Origin: Amphiscolops sp. MND2022
Taxonomy: Eukaryota
Direction of reading: 5' to 3'
Assembly: GCA_964187785.1 (NCBI GenBank)
Contig: OZ076413.1
Location: forward strand, 45,386,001-45,450,000
DNA: 64,000 nt
Shown here: positions 12,701-22,900 of the stretch, piece after piece
Layout of the letters: each line of letters opens with the position of its first letter
How positions within the stretch are numbered: position 1 is the stretch's first letter
Notes under the pieces: generated by a model
Databases searched by the model: none
What the model was told of the DNA's origin: nothing
What the model saw: the letters and a program-made list of their open reading frames with translations, nothing else
Made by a program: the position numbers and the translations under genes

Positions 12701-15577
12701 AACACTCCGTTAGGTAGTCGTAACACACTTTGATGTAATTTTCAATCAAAATTTGGGGATGTCTCTCCAAAAGAGCCTACTGGATAACAAGTTGAGTCTT
12801 TGAAGCAAACCACTGCACCTTTTGTTCAAAAAAGTGTAGTGCATAGCTAGTTTTTTGAACGTTTTGAACCTTTTTATTCATGAAAACCTTCAAAATTTGC
12901 ACAAAATTGCATGTAAAACGACAAAAAGTGGAGAGTTTTGGTTTTTGAACTTTTTTCCAGTGAATTCAAAGCATATTCCTATTGGTAAACTGCTTTTATC
13001 TCTTTACAAAAACATACTGGACTACGAGTTCATTCGTTGTTGAGAATTTTTTAAGGTTCGAATCCTTACATTGAACACAAATTTGACAAAAATTGCATAT
13101 ACACATTGAAAGTTTGATATTTTTGTCCGTTTCGGGGTAATTTTAGGTCTTTCTGGGGTCGTCTTTGGGGCGACCAAAAAAGTCCAAAAATCTCTACAAA
13201 TACATATCGCACAAAACTTACGTTATATCATTTGAATTCAATGGGTGAAACCGTTCAGTTGTGGAATATATTGGGAACAAGGCAAATTTTGGAAAAAAAC
13301 GCGGCTGAGTCAAATATGAAATATGGGCGGAAAATAATAACCACTGAAAATCATAAGAATGAAATGGTGATAATGGAATAGGAGTATGGAAGTAGACACT
13401 AACTAGTCCCTCTTTGGTCTGGTCACACTTGTTGGCTAGGAGGACGGCGGGGATGGGGGAGTTGTTTGGGAGGAACACCTTGCTGTCTAGGTCGTACTTC
13501 CATTTACTCACTGCGTCGAATGTCTGTGGCCGGGTCACATCGAACACGATGAACGCCCCAATCGCATCTGCAATTAACATAACATTAATTACTGTGTTTA
13601 CTTTCACACAGTGCTCTGAGAAAAAATCGGACTTATGCATTTTTAGAGCAATCATTTTAACCGGGAACGGTCGAAACACCCCGCTTAAGGTGTAAAAAAG
13701 GAAAGTTTTTTATATCCGACTTGAGAAAAATCCGAAAAGTCTCACAGTATTAACTAAATAAAAAAGACCATTTAAATTATCAAAAAAACATCGAAATAAT
13801 CAAGGGGAACCTTTTTGGAACAAAAAAGTCTGGGACAATCTCGCAACGCAAAACAAATGAAAGGAGATCAACCAGCATGAGGTCTGTCGTCTTACAAAAA
13901 AGGAAAAATTTGCCACTGCATGTGTCTGACACTTTTTGTCTCAATAGTTGACTCAACAAATAATGTTTGTTTTTGATGAAGTAACGTGAAATTCAGGAAA
14001 CTTTTGTTTGGCTCTTTCAACGAATTTTGATACTTTTTGACTTTTCACGCCTTTCCCAGAATATGACGACAGGAAAATTATATTGGCAGCAAGTTTTTAT
14101 TTGTCGCATTTCCTCTAAGGTTTTTTGGCTCTCTGTAACTTTTTCGCAAAATTTTTTCGCTTGAACGAAGGATCTCACATACATCCAGTTTTTTCGATAC
14201 TTCCAGGCCCCTCCTAAGGGCTTTCATCTAAAAATTTTTCGACACAGATTTTCTAATTTTTCATAAAAACTATGTTGGCATTCCATTTTTTGGACCTTAA
14301 GCGCGCCGCTGGCTTCAGATGATGTTTATTAACGCGCCGCCTCGTCTATTAACGATGATGTTTGAATTCTCCAAACAAATGCCTCAAATTGAAAGGGTTC
14401 AAAATGTCTCTAAACGCTGCAAAAAGAGACCTAACGCTTTAGGCAACTTTTGTACAACTTTCAGATGTTTTCGTTCAAAACTTGGAAATCTTGTGCAAGT
14501 TTCGTAGTTAATTGGCTACGTTCGAGCCATATAAAACGTTTTATATTTAGTTTACGTTTCTACCCGCAAAAGCATTTCAGGGCAAAAGTTAATCCCGTGC
14601 TGAACAAGCATCTAGAGTTCAAACCACTTCTGCCCCAGTACTTTTACCGTTTACTTTGCTTCATGATAAATCGGATTCGAATCCTCGCGTATGACAATAG
14701 AAAACGTGTAAAAACAGTAGAAAAGTTTGAGTTCAAGCACCATCGTGACCTTGATTTCTGTGAAATTGAAAATTTGCTTGAAGTAAATTTGTGTAGCTGT
14801 AGTAAGAATTGATAGAAAAAAACTTGGCTGTTCAGAATTCTTTATTGAGTTTCGTTGCTGAATATACCACAGTGCACTTTTAATGAGGAAAGGTATTTTT
14901 CTGTATTGAAAAGATCCCGTAGTCTTTTTAATCATTCAATTTAGTTTAGTCTTAAACTTTTCGGCAGGGAAGTTTTTTATATTATTGAAAAATATTCTTG
15001 AAAGGAATCGACAATGTTGGAAAACCTCAATTGTGCAGAACTTATCGATCCCGCCCGTGATTGTTAGGTCAATTGATTATCCAAACTGAGAAATATGCCA
15101 ATTGCAGGGCAAGTGTTTTCTAGATTTTTGAAAAATTCTTTTTTGGAAAACTTTTTTGTCAATGTCCAATCATTGTAAATTTGCAATTATCAGTTCTCTC
15201 TTCTTCAAGAAACCTCAAAAACATTTCGGGCCATCATCTGGTTTCTATGGCAACAAGCTCCATGGAAAAACATTGGTTATGGAAGATAGAGCAATTTATC
15301 TGGTTTCGAACCACTTCGACTAACCTTTGAAATACACTCGCGTCATTTGACCAAATCTCTCCTGCCCTGCAATGTCCCATAGTTGCAACCTCACAATCGT
15401 GTTGTCGGGGAGGTCCAGAATTTTCAGGGCAAAGTCCACCCCTATCGTAGCTTTGTAGTGGGTAGAGAAAAAGTTGTGTACATATCTCTTGATGAGACTG
15501 GTTTTGCCTACCCCTAAATCTCCAATGACAAGAATTTTGAACAAATGCTCTTTCTTAGTGCCTGATCGAGCAGCCAT
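712..15577 (-). CDS. RAB32: Rab32/38-family small GTPase, 4 coding exons: join(15325-15577, 13404-13567, 6880-7054, 712-797), 225 aa
   Basis: G-boxes GDLGVGKTS, TIGVDFALK, WDIAGQE (Ile in G3 is typical of the Rab32/38/29 clade), NKCD, ETSAK. All introns are GT-AG with consistent phases (1,0,1). The last exon ends with a polybasic stretch and cysteines: RKRRKKGCRCGGK*. Confidence 0.92.
1686..5785. mobile_element. Tc1/mariner-type TIR element (no transposase) enclosing a LINE, in Rab32 intron 3
   Basis: Perfect 29-bp TIR CAGTCCTGTGATAAAAGAATGGAACCCCT (1686-1714 / 5757-5785), TA on both flanks. Confidence 0.85.
2076..5728 (-). mobile_element. CR1/L2-group LINE, 5'-truncated within ORF1, ORF2 (APE endonuclease + RT) frameshifted
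   Basis: ORF1 C-terminal part 5234-5695. APE motifs NIRSL, ITESWL, GDFNID, SDH (4450-5117). RT motifs NYRPISLL, QYGFR, FIDLKKAF, FADD, KYLG. Frame breaks near 4740, 3200 and 2610, stop at 2346. 3' UTR hairpin 2130-2172 and (TAAA)n tail near 2076-2085. Confidence 0.92.
6074..6376. mobile_element. piggyBac-type MITE
   Basis: TTAA on both sides; TIR CCCTAAATGGACCA / TGGTCCACTTAGGG (1 mismatch). Confidence 0.8.
6880..7054 (-). CDS. RAB32: Rab32 coding exon 3 (VNNRKKMDEYC...WFETSAK...LNPY)
   Basis: Acceptor cttcag at 7055; G5 ETSAK; donor GTTGGT at 6879. Confidence 0.88.
8378..9802 (+). repeat. 5' LTR
   Basis: Direct repeat of 11359-12725 with one extra internal ~57-bp unit. Confidence 0.92.
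9803..9815 (+). promoter_or_regulatory. Primer-binding site, probably tRNA-Leu
   Basis: TGGTGACAGGAGT immediately after the 5' LTR; one mismatch from TGGTGTCAGGAGT, the complement of a tRNA-Leu 3' end (from memory). Confidence 0.65.
11359..12725 (+). repeat. 3' LTR
   Basis: Direct repeat of 8378-9802; followed by TSD CACTT. Confidence 0.92.
13404..13567 (-). CDS. RAB32: Rab32 coding exon 2 (DAIGAFIVFDVTR...NKCDQTKEGL)
   Basis: Acceptor ttgcag at 13568, donor GTTAGT at 13403; NKCD G4 motif. Confidence 0.92.
15325..15577 (-). CDS. RAB32: Rab32 coding exon 1 (MAARSGTKKEHLFKIL...RVYFK)
   Basis: ATG at 15577; G1-G3 motifs; donor G|GTTAGT at 15324. Confidence 0.93.
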
Positions 15578-16298
15578 GTTGCTTGCAAACTTTGTTATAA
15601 TATCTGAATATAAAGTTTGGGCAAAAACTTTACACTACGAAATAACTCTGTAAAATAATAGTTATTGGAACGTGGAGAGAGTTATATTATAAATTAGTTA
15701 TATACTGGTGAAGTGTTTACAGATGACAGTTCAAACAAGCAACATTTTGGCATATTTGACTTTGTTTCGACTATTCACGGGTCTTGGTAATTTCACCATG
15801 GTAGAAGAAGGCGGTTGTCGAATGCAACCAAAAATAGTTTGTTCTAGTTTTGATCACTTGTCTTAAACAAAAAACAACATCAACGTCAGAAAGAATCTGA
15901 TCGTAATCGGCGAAACGTATCTCGAATCTTAACTTACACGCATATTTACGGTTGTTCCCGACATTGTAGAACTAACTGAATGACGTAACGATTATGTAAT
16001 ATAAATATTTCGACAGTCACGATTCATCTCAACAACTGAAAACTATTGTTGTTTTCGTAAAAATAAATAATACAGTAAGGACGCAAAGTTGCTCTATCTT
16101 TCAATTTTTGGGGGATTCGACAACTAGGAAAGGCCCGATACAGAAAACTTAGCAACAAGTTAAACATCATTAGAGCAAAAACCAAATTTTTCCCGTTCTT
16201 TAACGTCATTGTGACGAGAAGATCTCATGACAATAGTTCAGAGTCGAACCCAAACAACAATCGAAGAATTGGATTGGAGTATTCATTGCAACAAATTA

Positions 16299-16476
16299 CA
16301 GTTTAACTTCAGTATTACACACCTCGTTGGGAGAAAACGCTCAAGTATGTTATTCTGAAGTGTGTGTTATAAGCGAAAAAGACCAAATGATGAAAACCAA
16401 ACACGGGGGCACAAAATATGTGCGTTATTCTGAAGGTTACACTATAGTGCACGTGTGTGATACTGAAGTTAAACTG
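16299..16476. mobile_element. Tc1/mariner (pogo/Tigger-like) MITE upstream of Rab32
   Basis: 24-bp TIR CAGTTTAACTTCAGTATYACACAC, TA flanks. Confidence 0.85.
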
Positions 16477-17315
16477 TATACGGAAATACTTGTTGACTTG
16501 AAATTGTAAACTTTTGGAAAGTCAACTTGGTTGAATGAAATTCACGAGACTTATCTTCAATAGCTTAGGCAAACGGCCAATGTTGACTTTTTGCCTCAAA
16601 AAATTATTTGATAATAAATGACTTCAGGTTTTTAAAATTACCCCAACTGCAAAACCTTTTTTTAATTCAAAAAGTTCAAGTATCATTTCCACATAAATTT
16701 TCGGAATAAATCATCTTTTGTCGAAATGTCTGGTTGTAAATATTTCAATTCAGAGATTTTTCAAAACAATTTCTATTTTTGAATTTTGCGAAAACGTAGA
16801 TTTGACTGGAAGAATCCAAATTTCGGATGATAAGCTTTGCAGTAAGAGACAATGACCGTTTGAAATTTTAATTGATGCAAGTGAATTAAACTCTAAGAGA
16901 ACGATAAAGTGAGTAGTAAACACTTGTTTCTTTGTGCCATTTAAAGTGTTGCTGAGAGAATTAGACTAGCTGATGAAAGCTAGAATTGCAAAAGCTGAAC
17001 ATTATACAATCGACAAAGATCGTCTTGTCTGAGAAAAAAGTTTTGGTTTTCAAAAACAATCTAGCTTGCGCAGAAACCTTGAAAAGATAAAATTTCATCA
17101 ACCAAATTGACCAAACCTAGAAAACATTTAATCTTCGGTATTGGTCGAATTACCTTTTCAAAATCAGAAATGCAAATTTTGAAACAAGGATTTAAAAATC
17201 ACCAAACTTTATCTTTCAGGCCAAATTTTTCTTTTTCAAGGCTTCATTTATTCAAGTTAAGAAATTTAATTTGCATAAAAACGGCAACAATTGCTGTTCA
17301 TACTTTCATCGAACC

Positions 17316-17380
17316 AAACAAGACGGAAACGTCTAAAGTCGGCGCTATATCTGAAGCTCAAAAATCGCAAAAGAATTTAC
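17316..17380 (-). mobile_element. HINE 3' end fragment
   Basis: Reverse complement of the 370-428 terminus. Confidence 0.6.
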
Positions 17381-17859
17381 ACCAAATGTCGCTTGAATTT
17401 ACACCAAAAACTATCTATTGAAAAGTATTTTTCCCAATAGGTCATCAAAAAACGAAAAACAATCCAGTAAAATTCATTTGGCTAAATTCGTGTCCTTTTC
17501 TGAGAATTCTAAAACCGACCTCGCAATATTTACGGTTAGCAGGTCGGTTTTCAACACCATGAAATAGAGTAGAATAACATATAGTTTGAATTTGACATAA
17601 TTAAACATATATGAGATGAAGAGAGAAATGGATACAAATATGTTTGAACATCATATATCTAAACATTAAGGCGAGCGCAACTGTGAAGATGCAATATGAA
17701 TATGAATAACATAATAATGTATTTGGTATTACAAAGCTAAAACAATAATGGGAAAGCGACATAGTAAGGAAAACAGCAACGAGAGCGGCAAAGGCTTACG
17801 TCGAAGCGAAACAGAAAAGTTACAAACTGATACATATAGCGAAAACAAGTAGTGATTAT

Positions 17860-19290
17860 ATAATATACTTTTGTCAAAAAATTTCATCAAGTTCATCAAT
17901 GTCTCAGCCAAAAGTTTTCTTGAATCCCTCGACCAAATATTTGTTCCACAGTAAACCCGCATTGTATTCCAGATGCCATCCAAATTTGTTCCAGGCTAAA
18001 TCCGGATTGATCCGAAGATCCATCGTTTCTTGTCAGTTTCATTGTAAGTGAGCTGAAAAACTGCATGTAAACAGATCAGATACTATTCAACACATAGATA
18101 CTATAGCAGTAAATTAGCATCATCGAGATTGCCAAGCAACATGCTAAGGACGTGACATTGCAAGGGCGAGAGTTCGAATCTAACCTTCGTCAGATCCGGG
18201 TAGTATTTCCGGATAGCATCCAACAAGTTGTAGCTACGCATTCCAGACATAAAATTCCAATAGTATTCAAAGCACATCAAATCCGGATATACCGTATTCC
18301 TCCGCACATTACCGCCTTCAGAGAATTAACCCAATAAGGCATATTTGGAGATCCTTTACAAACTTAGTCTTGCCTATGTAGTGTTTGAAGTTTTTTGTCC
18401 ACTAAGGTTTTCTAACCACAACTTGTTTTAAATATACAATTTTAATGTTTTCCCGGGAATGTTCCCTTGGAATAACGAACAGACATTTTTAGGTTCCTTT
18501 ACACGTGTTTCAATTTCGGGACCTTAAAAAGCCCGGCCATCTGTGCGACTGAATACGGTATTGATATCATACTTATCTCATTCCAAAACAAATAGCTCTT
18601 AACTTCCGGTGTTCGAATTACGCAACCAGCGTAAATGCATCAGCGATAATAGAACGAAAAGATTTTGGAAATTCAGGTCCGTTCAGATGAAATATTATCA
18701 CACGGCAAAGAAGTTTTGGAATGAGAGAAACAGGACGATTAGGCAGGTAACGTCGAAAGTCAACACTCCCTGGCAAAGTTTTCCAAAGAGTACGTTGCCG
18801 GTATTTTTCCCCTTCCTTCCTTCGAACGAAAACTGGAAAAAAAACATTGACCATGTAGGCAGCAAAGTTTGAAACTTGTCAACGCAAACAAAAAAATGAG
18901 GATTTTGGTATTCGACTATACCAACAGGGTTTTGTATTCGACACCTACTTTTAAAGTCTTTTTGAAAACTTTTCTCGAATGATGGAAAAAGGAAGAGGAA
19001 AAGATCCGGTTTCAGTCTGGATCTGGATTTAATCACAAACAACACTCAGTTCGCATAGCAACTTATGAAGAGGAAGAGACTTGACATAGAAGTAGGGGTA
19101 AAATGAGAGATTCATAAACAGCAAATATATCTGGATCAATGCCATCCATACCTTTGAGCACAAACTTTGCAACCCGAAAAGTAAAGATGAGACGTGGTTT
19201 TAAAGTGCCTCTCAGTGAGAACTTTCGATGCATCTTTGTAAAAGTTTTTCAAAGCCAAAATTTTTTCAAAGCATGGAATGCTTTCCGATT
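17860..19290 (-). pseudogene. Decayed coding-like region downstream of the MADF gene
   Basis: Series of short same-strand protein-like frames separated by stops and frameshifts; no family recognised. Confidence 0.25.
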
Positions 19291-19458
19291 TCTCAGAAAA
19301 ACCCATTAGTTCATAAAAATAAAGGAATTAAGTTTTTTTTCAGTGCAGTATTTTTTGCATCGGGCACCCCAAGTGGCCTAAATTTGTAATTGGTGCATTG
19401 ATCCGACAAATAATATTGAAAGTAGATAAAAACATTCATGATAAAGTTGTTTTTTCCT

Positions 19459-19950
19459 TCACTCAAAAGTGTTTAGCCCCAAAATTTCCTCGTTGGACGA
19501 CTGTATGATAAGCGATACGATCTGCAACTTTAACTTGTTTTTCACCGACTGGTTCCTGATAGATCTCATCTCGGCGGCTATGTAGGCCCCGAATGACTCA
19601 TCGGCACCTGTTTGTCGCCCCTCCTCCACTTTATCCCCCCTCGCCTCATTCACTTGGAGATTGACAGTCGAGTTTTTAGGAATGTGCAAAGTCGAGCTGT
19701 TGTTCTGATTAGCCATGTTGTGCAAATTGGCAAACTTCTGACGTTTTCGAGGAGGAACCATGCTACGCAGACTGTTCTGATTGGCTAAAGCTGTGGAGTG
19801 CACTGATTGGTTGATCTGAGGAGCAACCACTGAGCGGTTTTTATTGGCTTCTGGTAAGATTGCACATGTCGGTTTTGCCACTTTTGTAGGTGACAAGTCA
19901 CTTGACGAGACCTCTTGCTTCACCCACGATGAAAAGCTGTTTCCACTTAT
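19459..19950 (-). CDS. MADF gene last exon (NLS-like PPRKRQK, BESS-like motif)
   Basis: tcttag acceptor at 19951; open to TGA at 19459. Confidence 0.8.
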   Translation of the reverse strand: MSGNSFSSWVKQEVSSSDLSPTKVAKPTCAILPEANKNRSVVAPQINQSVHSTALANQNSLRSMVPPRKRQKFANLHNMANQNNSSTLHIPKNSTVNLQVNEARGDKVEEGRQTGADESFGAYIAAEMRSIRNQSVKNKLKLQIVSLIIQSSNEEILGLNTFE

Positions 19951-22900
19951 CTAAGATAACAATCAACTTCACATTAGCCAAAGAGTAAAACGCAAAGATG
20001 GGGAAAACATTTTGGGGTTGTTTAAGAGCCAAAAATTGATATGATACTACCACACCAAGATACTACCACATTATGTCCTTTCCTCTACTATTCCGCTTAT
20101 AGGGCAGTTTACAGGAAATGAGCGTAACATGCCTGGAGAGACTGTGAAGCAAATTATGAAACTTCTCACACAGCGAAGACTATCCTTTTTGATATGTGAT
20201 AAGAGTAGGGTTTTGACTGCTAATTAGAGATTTAGGATTTAGCACAGGAATATTTTCAGCAATTTAGTTTGCGATTCGAATCAGCGGCAACTGATAAGGT
20301 GTATGTACAAATTCAAAAAGTTCTCACCGAATAAACGGAGTTCCAAAGGGAATTTCAAAAATTCTGACTCTTACTCTAGTTAAAGAAACACCGTATGAAA
20401 AAATCCCGTTTTTCTTCTTGCAAAAAATATAATGAGTTATCATTTATTTTTAGTCAGCGCCGCTTTTATGAAACCAAAGCCGCATGCGCGGTAAAAGAGT
20501 CGGAAACGGATTAAAAGATTGAAAAACAAATTACGTTCTTTTGTCATTTGGTCATTTTTGGACTAATTTTGGCTACGTTTCTCAGATCCCAGTCATTTTG
20601 ATGTCATTACGCATGCAGGGGCATCTTTGGGTGTATAACGACTGCGCTAAATTTTATGAAAATCGTATGGAAAGTTTTTGAGAAATGAGAATTTTTCATT
20701 GGATGGTCGGGAGAAAAAAAGGTACTACAGTGGAAGCCGCTTATATGGGACGCCTCGGGACCGGGTATTCTTGTCTACTAACAAGACATGCATCCGTTGT
20801 CTTTTATATCAATAGTACAATTGACTGGACCAGGTAGGCCAGGGGACTGAAATACGCGTGCCAATTAAGCGTGGTCTCTTATACGCGTGTCCCATTTAAG
20901 CGGCTTCCACTGTACTGCATAAGAAGTTCGAAAATTTACTTTTCCAAAAGGGCTCCTTGGTTTTCTTGGTACTTTCAGTTTAAACCAAAAGGACCTTCCA
21001 TTTGATTTTTCGGCACTGTGCGACGTTTTCGGGGATATTTTAATTTCACAAAAAAGTTCTTGAATTGTTTTTTTTATTCTGGTGGAAAAGAAGCAGAAAA
21101 GCTTTGATTTTCTGATGTTTGGTTATAATAAAAGCAAGAAACTTTTTCGAAAGTGTGATATTGAGAATATATTCAAAGGAAATCCTCGACGCTTTGAAGT
21201 ACATTTGCTGTTTTTGAGCCTTAAGTGGGGCGCCGACTTATGCCGTTCACTGGCTTGTTAAAAATACTTGAAACCAAGCATTTAATAAAATTAAGGAAAA
21301 CTTTTCAGCATAATAGCGATTTCAGAAATTAGCGTTTTAGCAATTAGCAAAAATCCCTGGTCGTAAGTCGTAAATAGCACCCAGATATTTTAATTCATTT
21401 TATCACCAATTCAAATATTTTTTTTGCAAAAATCGATTTATCGCATAAAATTGCATATCTCATATACTTAAAATTGTTATTTCATATAGTTAAAATATGA
21501 CAAATAAAATTAAAGATTCGACGTCGAATTTTCCAAACCAACAGGCAGAACAACTTTTTTCAACGAGGAATTAAACATTCACAATGAAAAATAGGCTATT
21601 AACTGAGGTAGAGCTGAAAATTACGCCATATGAATTTCCAAATCCTGTCGCATTTCATATTTTTTTCAAAAATGTCATTCCAAAAAAATCGACTTCGATG
21701 GGAAGTGTTTCAAGAGTTTTGAATCAAAACTCAGGGTTGTCATGTTTTAAAACATGTTTTAAAACACGAGCATAAAAAACTGTTTTAAAACATGAGTATA
21801 AAACATGTTTTAAAACATTCAGACCCCTATTAGCATTGGTTGACTCGTATTCCAGATAAAGATATGGGACGAAAGGAGGACCCCATCTGGGCCTTTTTTA
21901 AGAAGATTGATGTTGACGGACGCAAGCGAGCGCAGTGCACACAGTGTCTGGAGGACATAGTCCCACTGGTCGAGCGAATGAGGTCGCATCAAGACAAGTG
22001 CAAGTCTCCAGCGGGTTCCGACGGCCCTAGCGAAGCGAAGAAGCTAAAACAGCAGACGCTGGGTTTCAAGGGGACAAAACAGGTCGAGCAACACGCCATC
22101 GATTTACAGTTAACCCGGTTAGTATGTCTCAAAATTTGATACCCGTAAAATAATTATTGTTATTGTTTATTATTATTTGTAATATTTAGTAATTATTTGT
22201 TGTTTAGGATGATTGTGGCAACAAACTCAAGCTTTAATGCGGCCAATAATAAGCAGTTAAAGAAATTGGTGGCAATGCTTAAGCCTGGGGCTATCATTCC
22301 GGATCGCCGCAACATCGGTGGAAATCTTCTGGATGAGATTTACGAGGAAGAGCAGGCCAAAGTGAAACATTTGATAAGTGGAATGAGCGCCACTATTGCA
22401 ATCGATGGGTGGTCGACAATTACAAATCAACCAATTATTGGAATCTGTATCTACGCGGCGGGGAACTGCTATTTAGTGGATACAATCGACACGACCGGGG
22501 ATTCACACACAACAGAATTTCTGGTTGATTTGCTTCTGCATCAGATCGAAGAAATCCAGGAAAAATGGGAAGTCAACATAACTAGTGTTGTCAGTGACAA
22601 TGCTGCAAACATGGCAGCCATGCGAACACGTATCAAGGAGCTGGATCAAAAACTTCATACTTACGGATGCCATGCGCATATCGCTAACCTTCTGGTTAAG
22701 GACGTGCTGAACACTACGGAATTCAAGTCAGTCTCCGGCAAGATCATGGCCGTTCTCAAGTTTCTGAAGCATACTCACGCTGGATCTTCGGCTCTTGCAG
22801 AGAAAAAACTGTCGCGACCCAATCTGCCATGTGAGACGAGATGGAACTCGTATTTGGACAGCTTCAGCTACTTTGTGACCCACTGGTCCTCTATAGCCGA

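Larger units (their letters stand above)
8378..12725 (+). mobile_element. Non-autonomous LTR retrotransposon (LARD-like) in Rab32 intron 2
   Basis: LTRs 8378-9802 and 11359-12725 (TGT...ACA), 5-bp TSD CACTT (8373-8377 / 12726-12730), PBS TGGTGACAGGAGT at 9803. The 1.56-kb interior has no recognisable gag/pol motifs. Confidence 0.92.

Noticed and set aside
13218..13679. 153-aa ORF as a standalone gene
   Set aside because: Only 13404-13567 is Rab-like; the rest is intron read-through.
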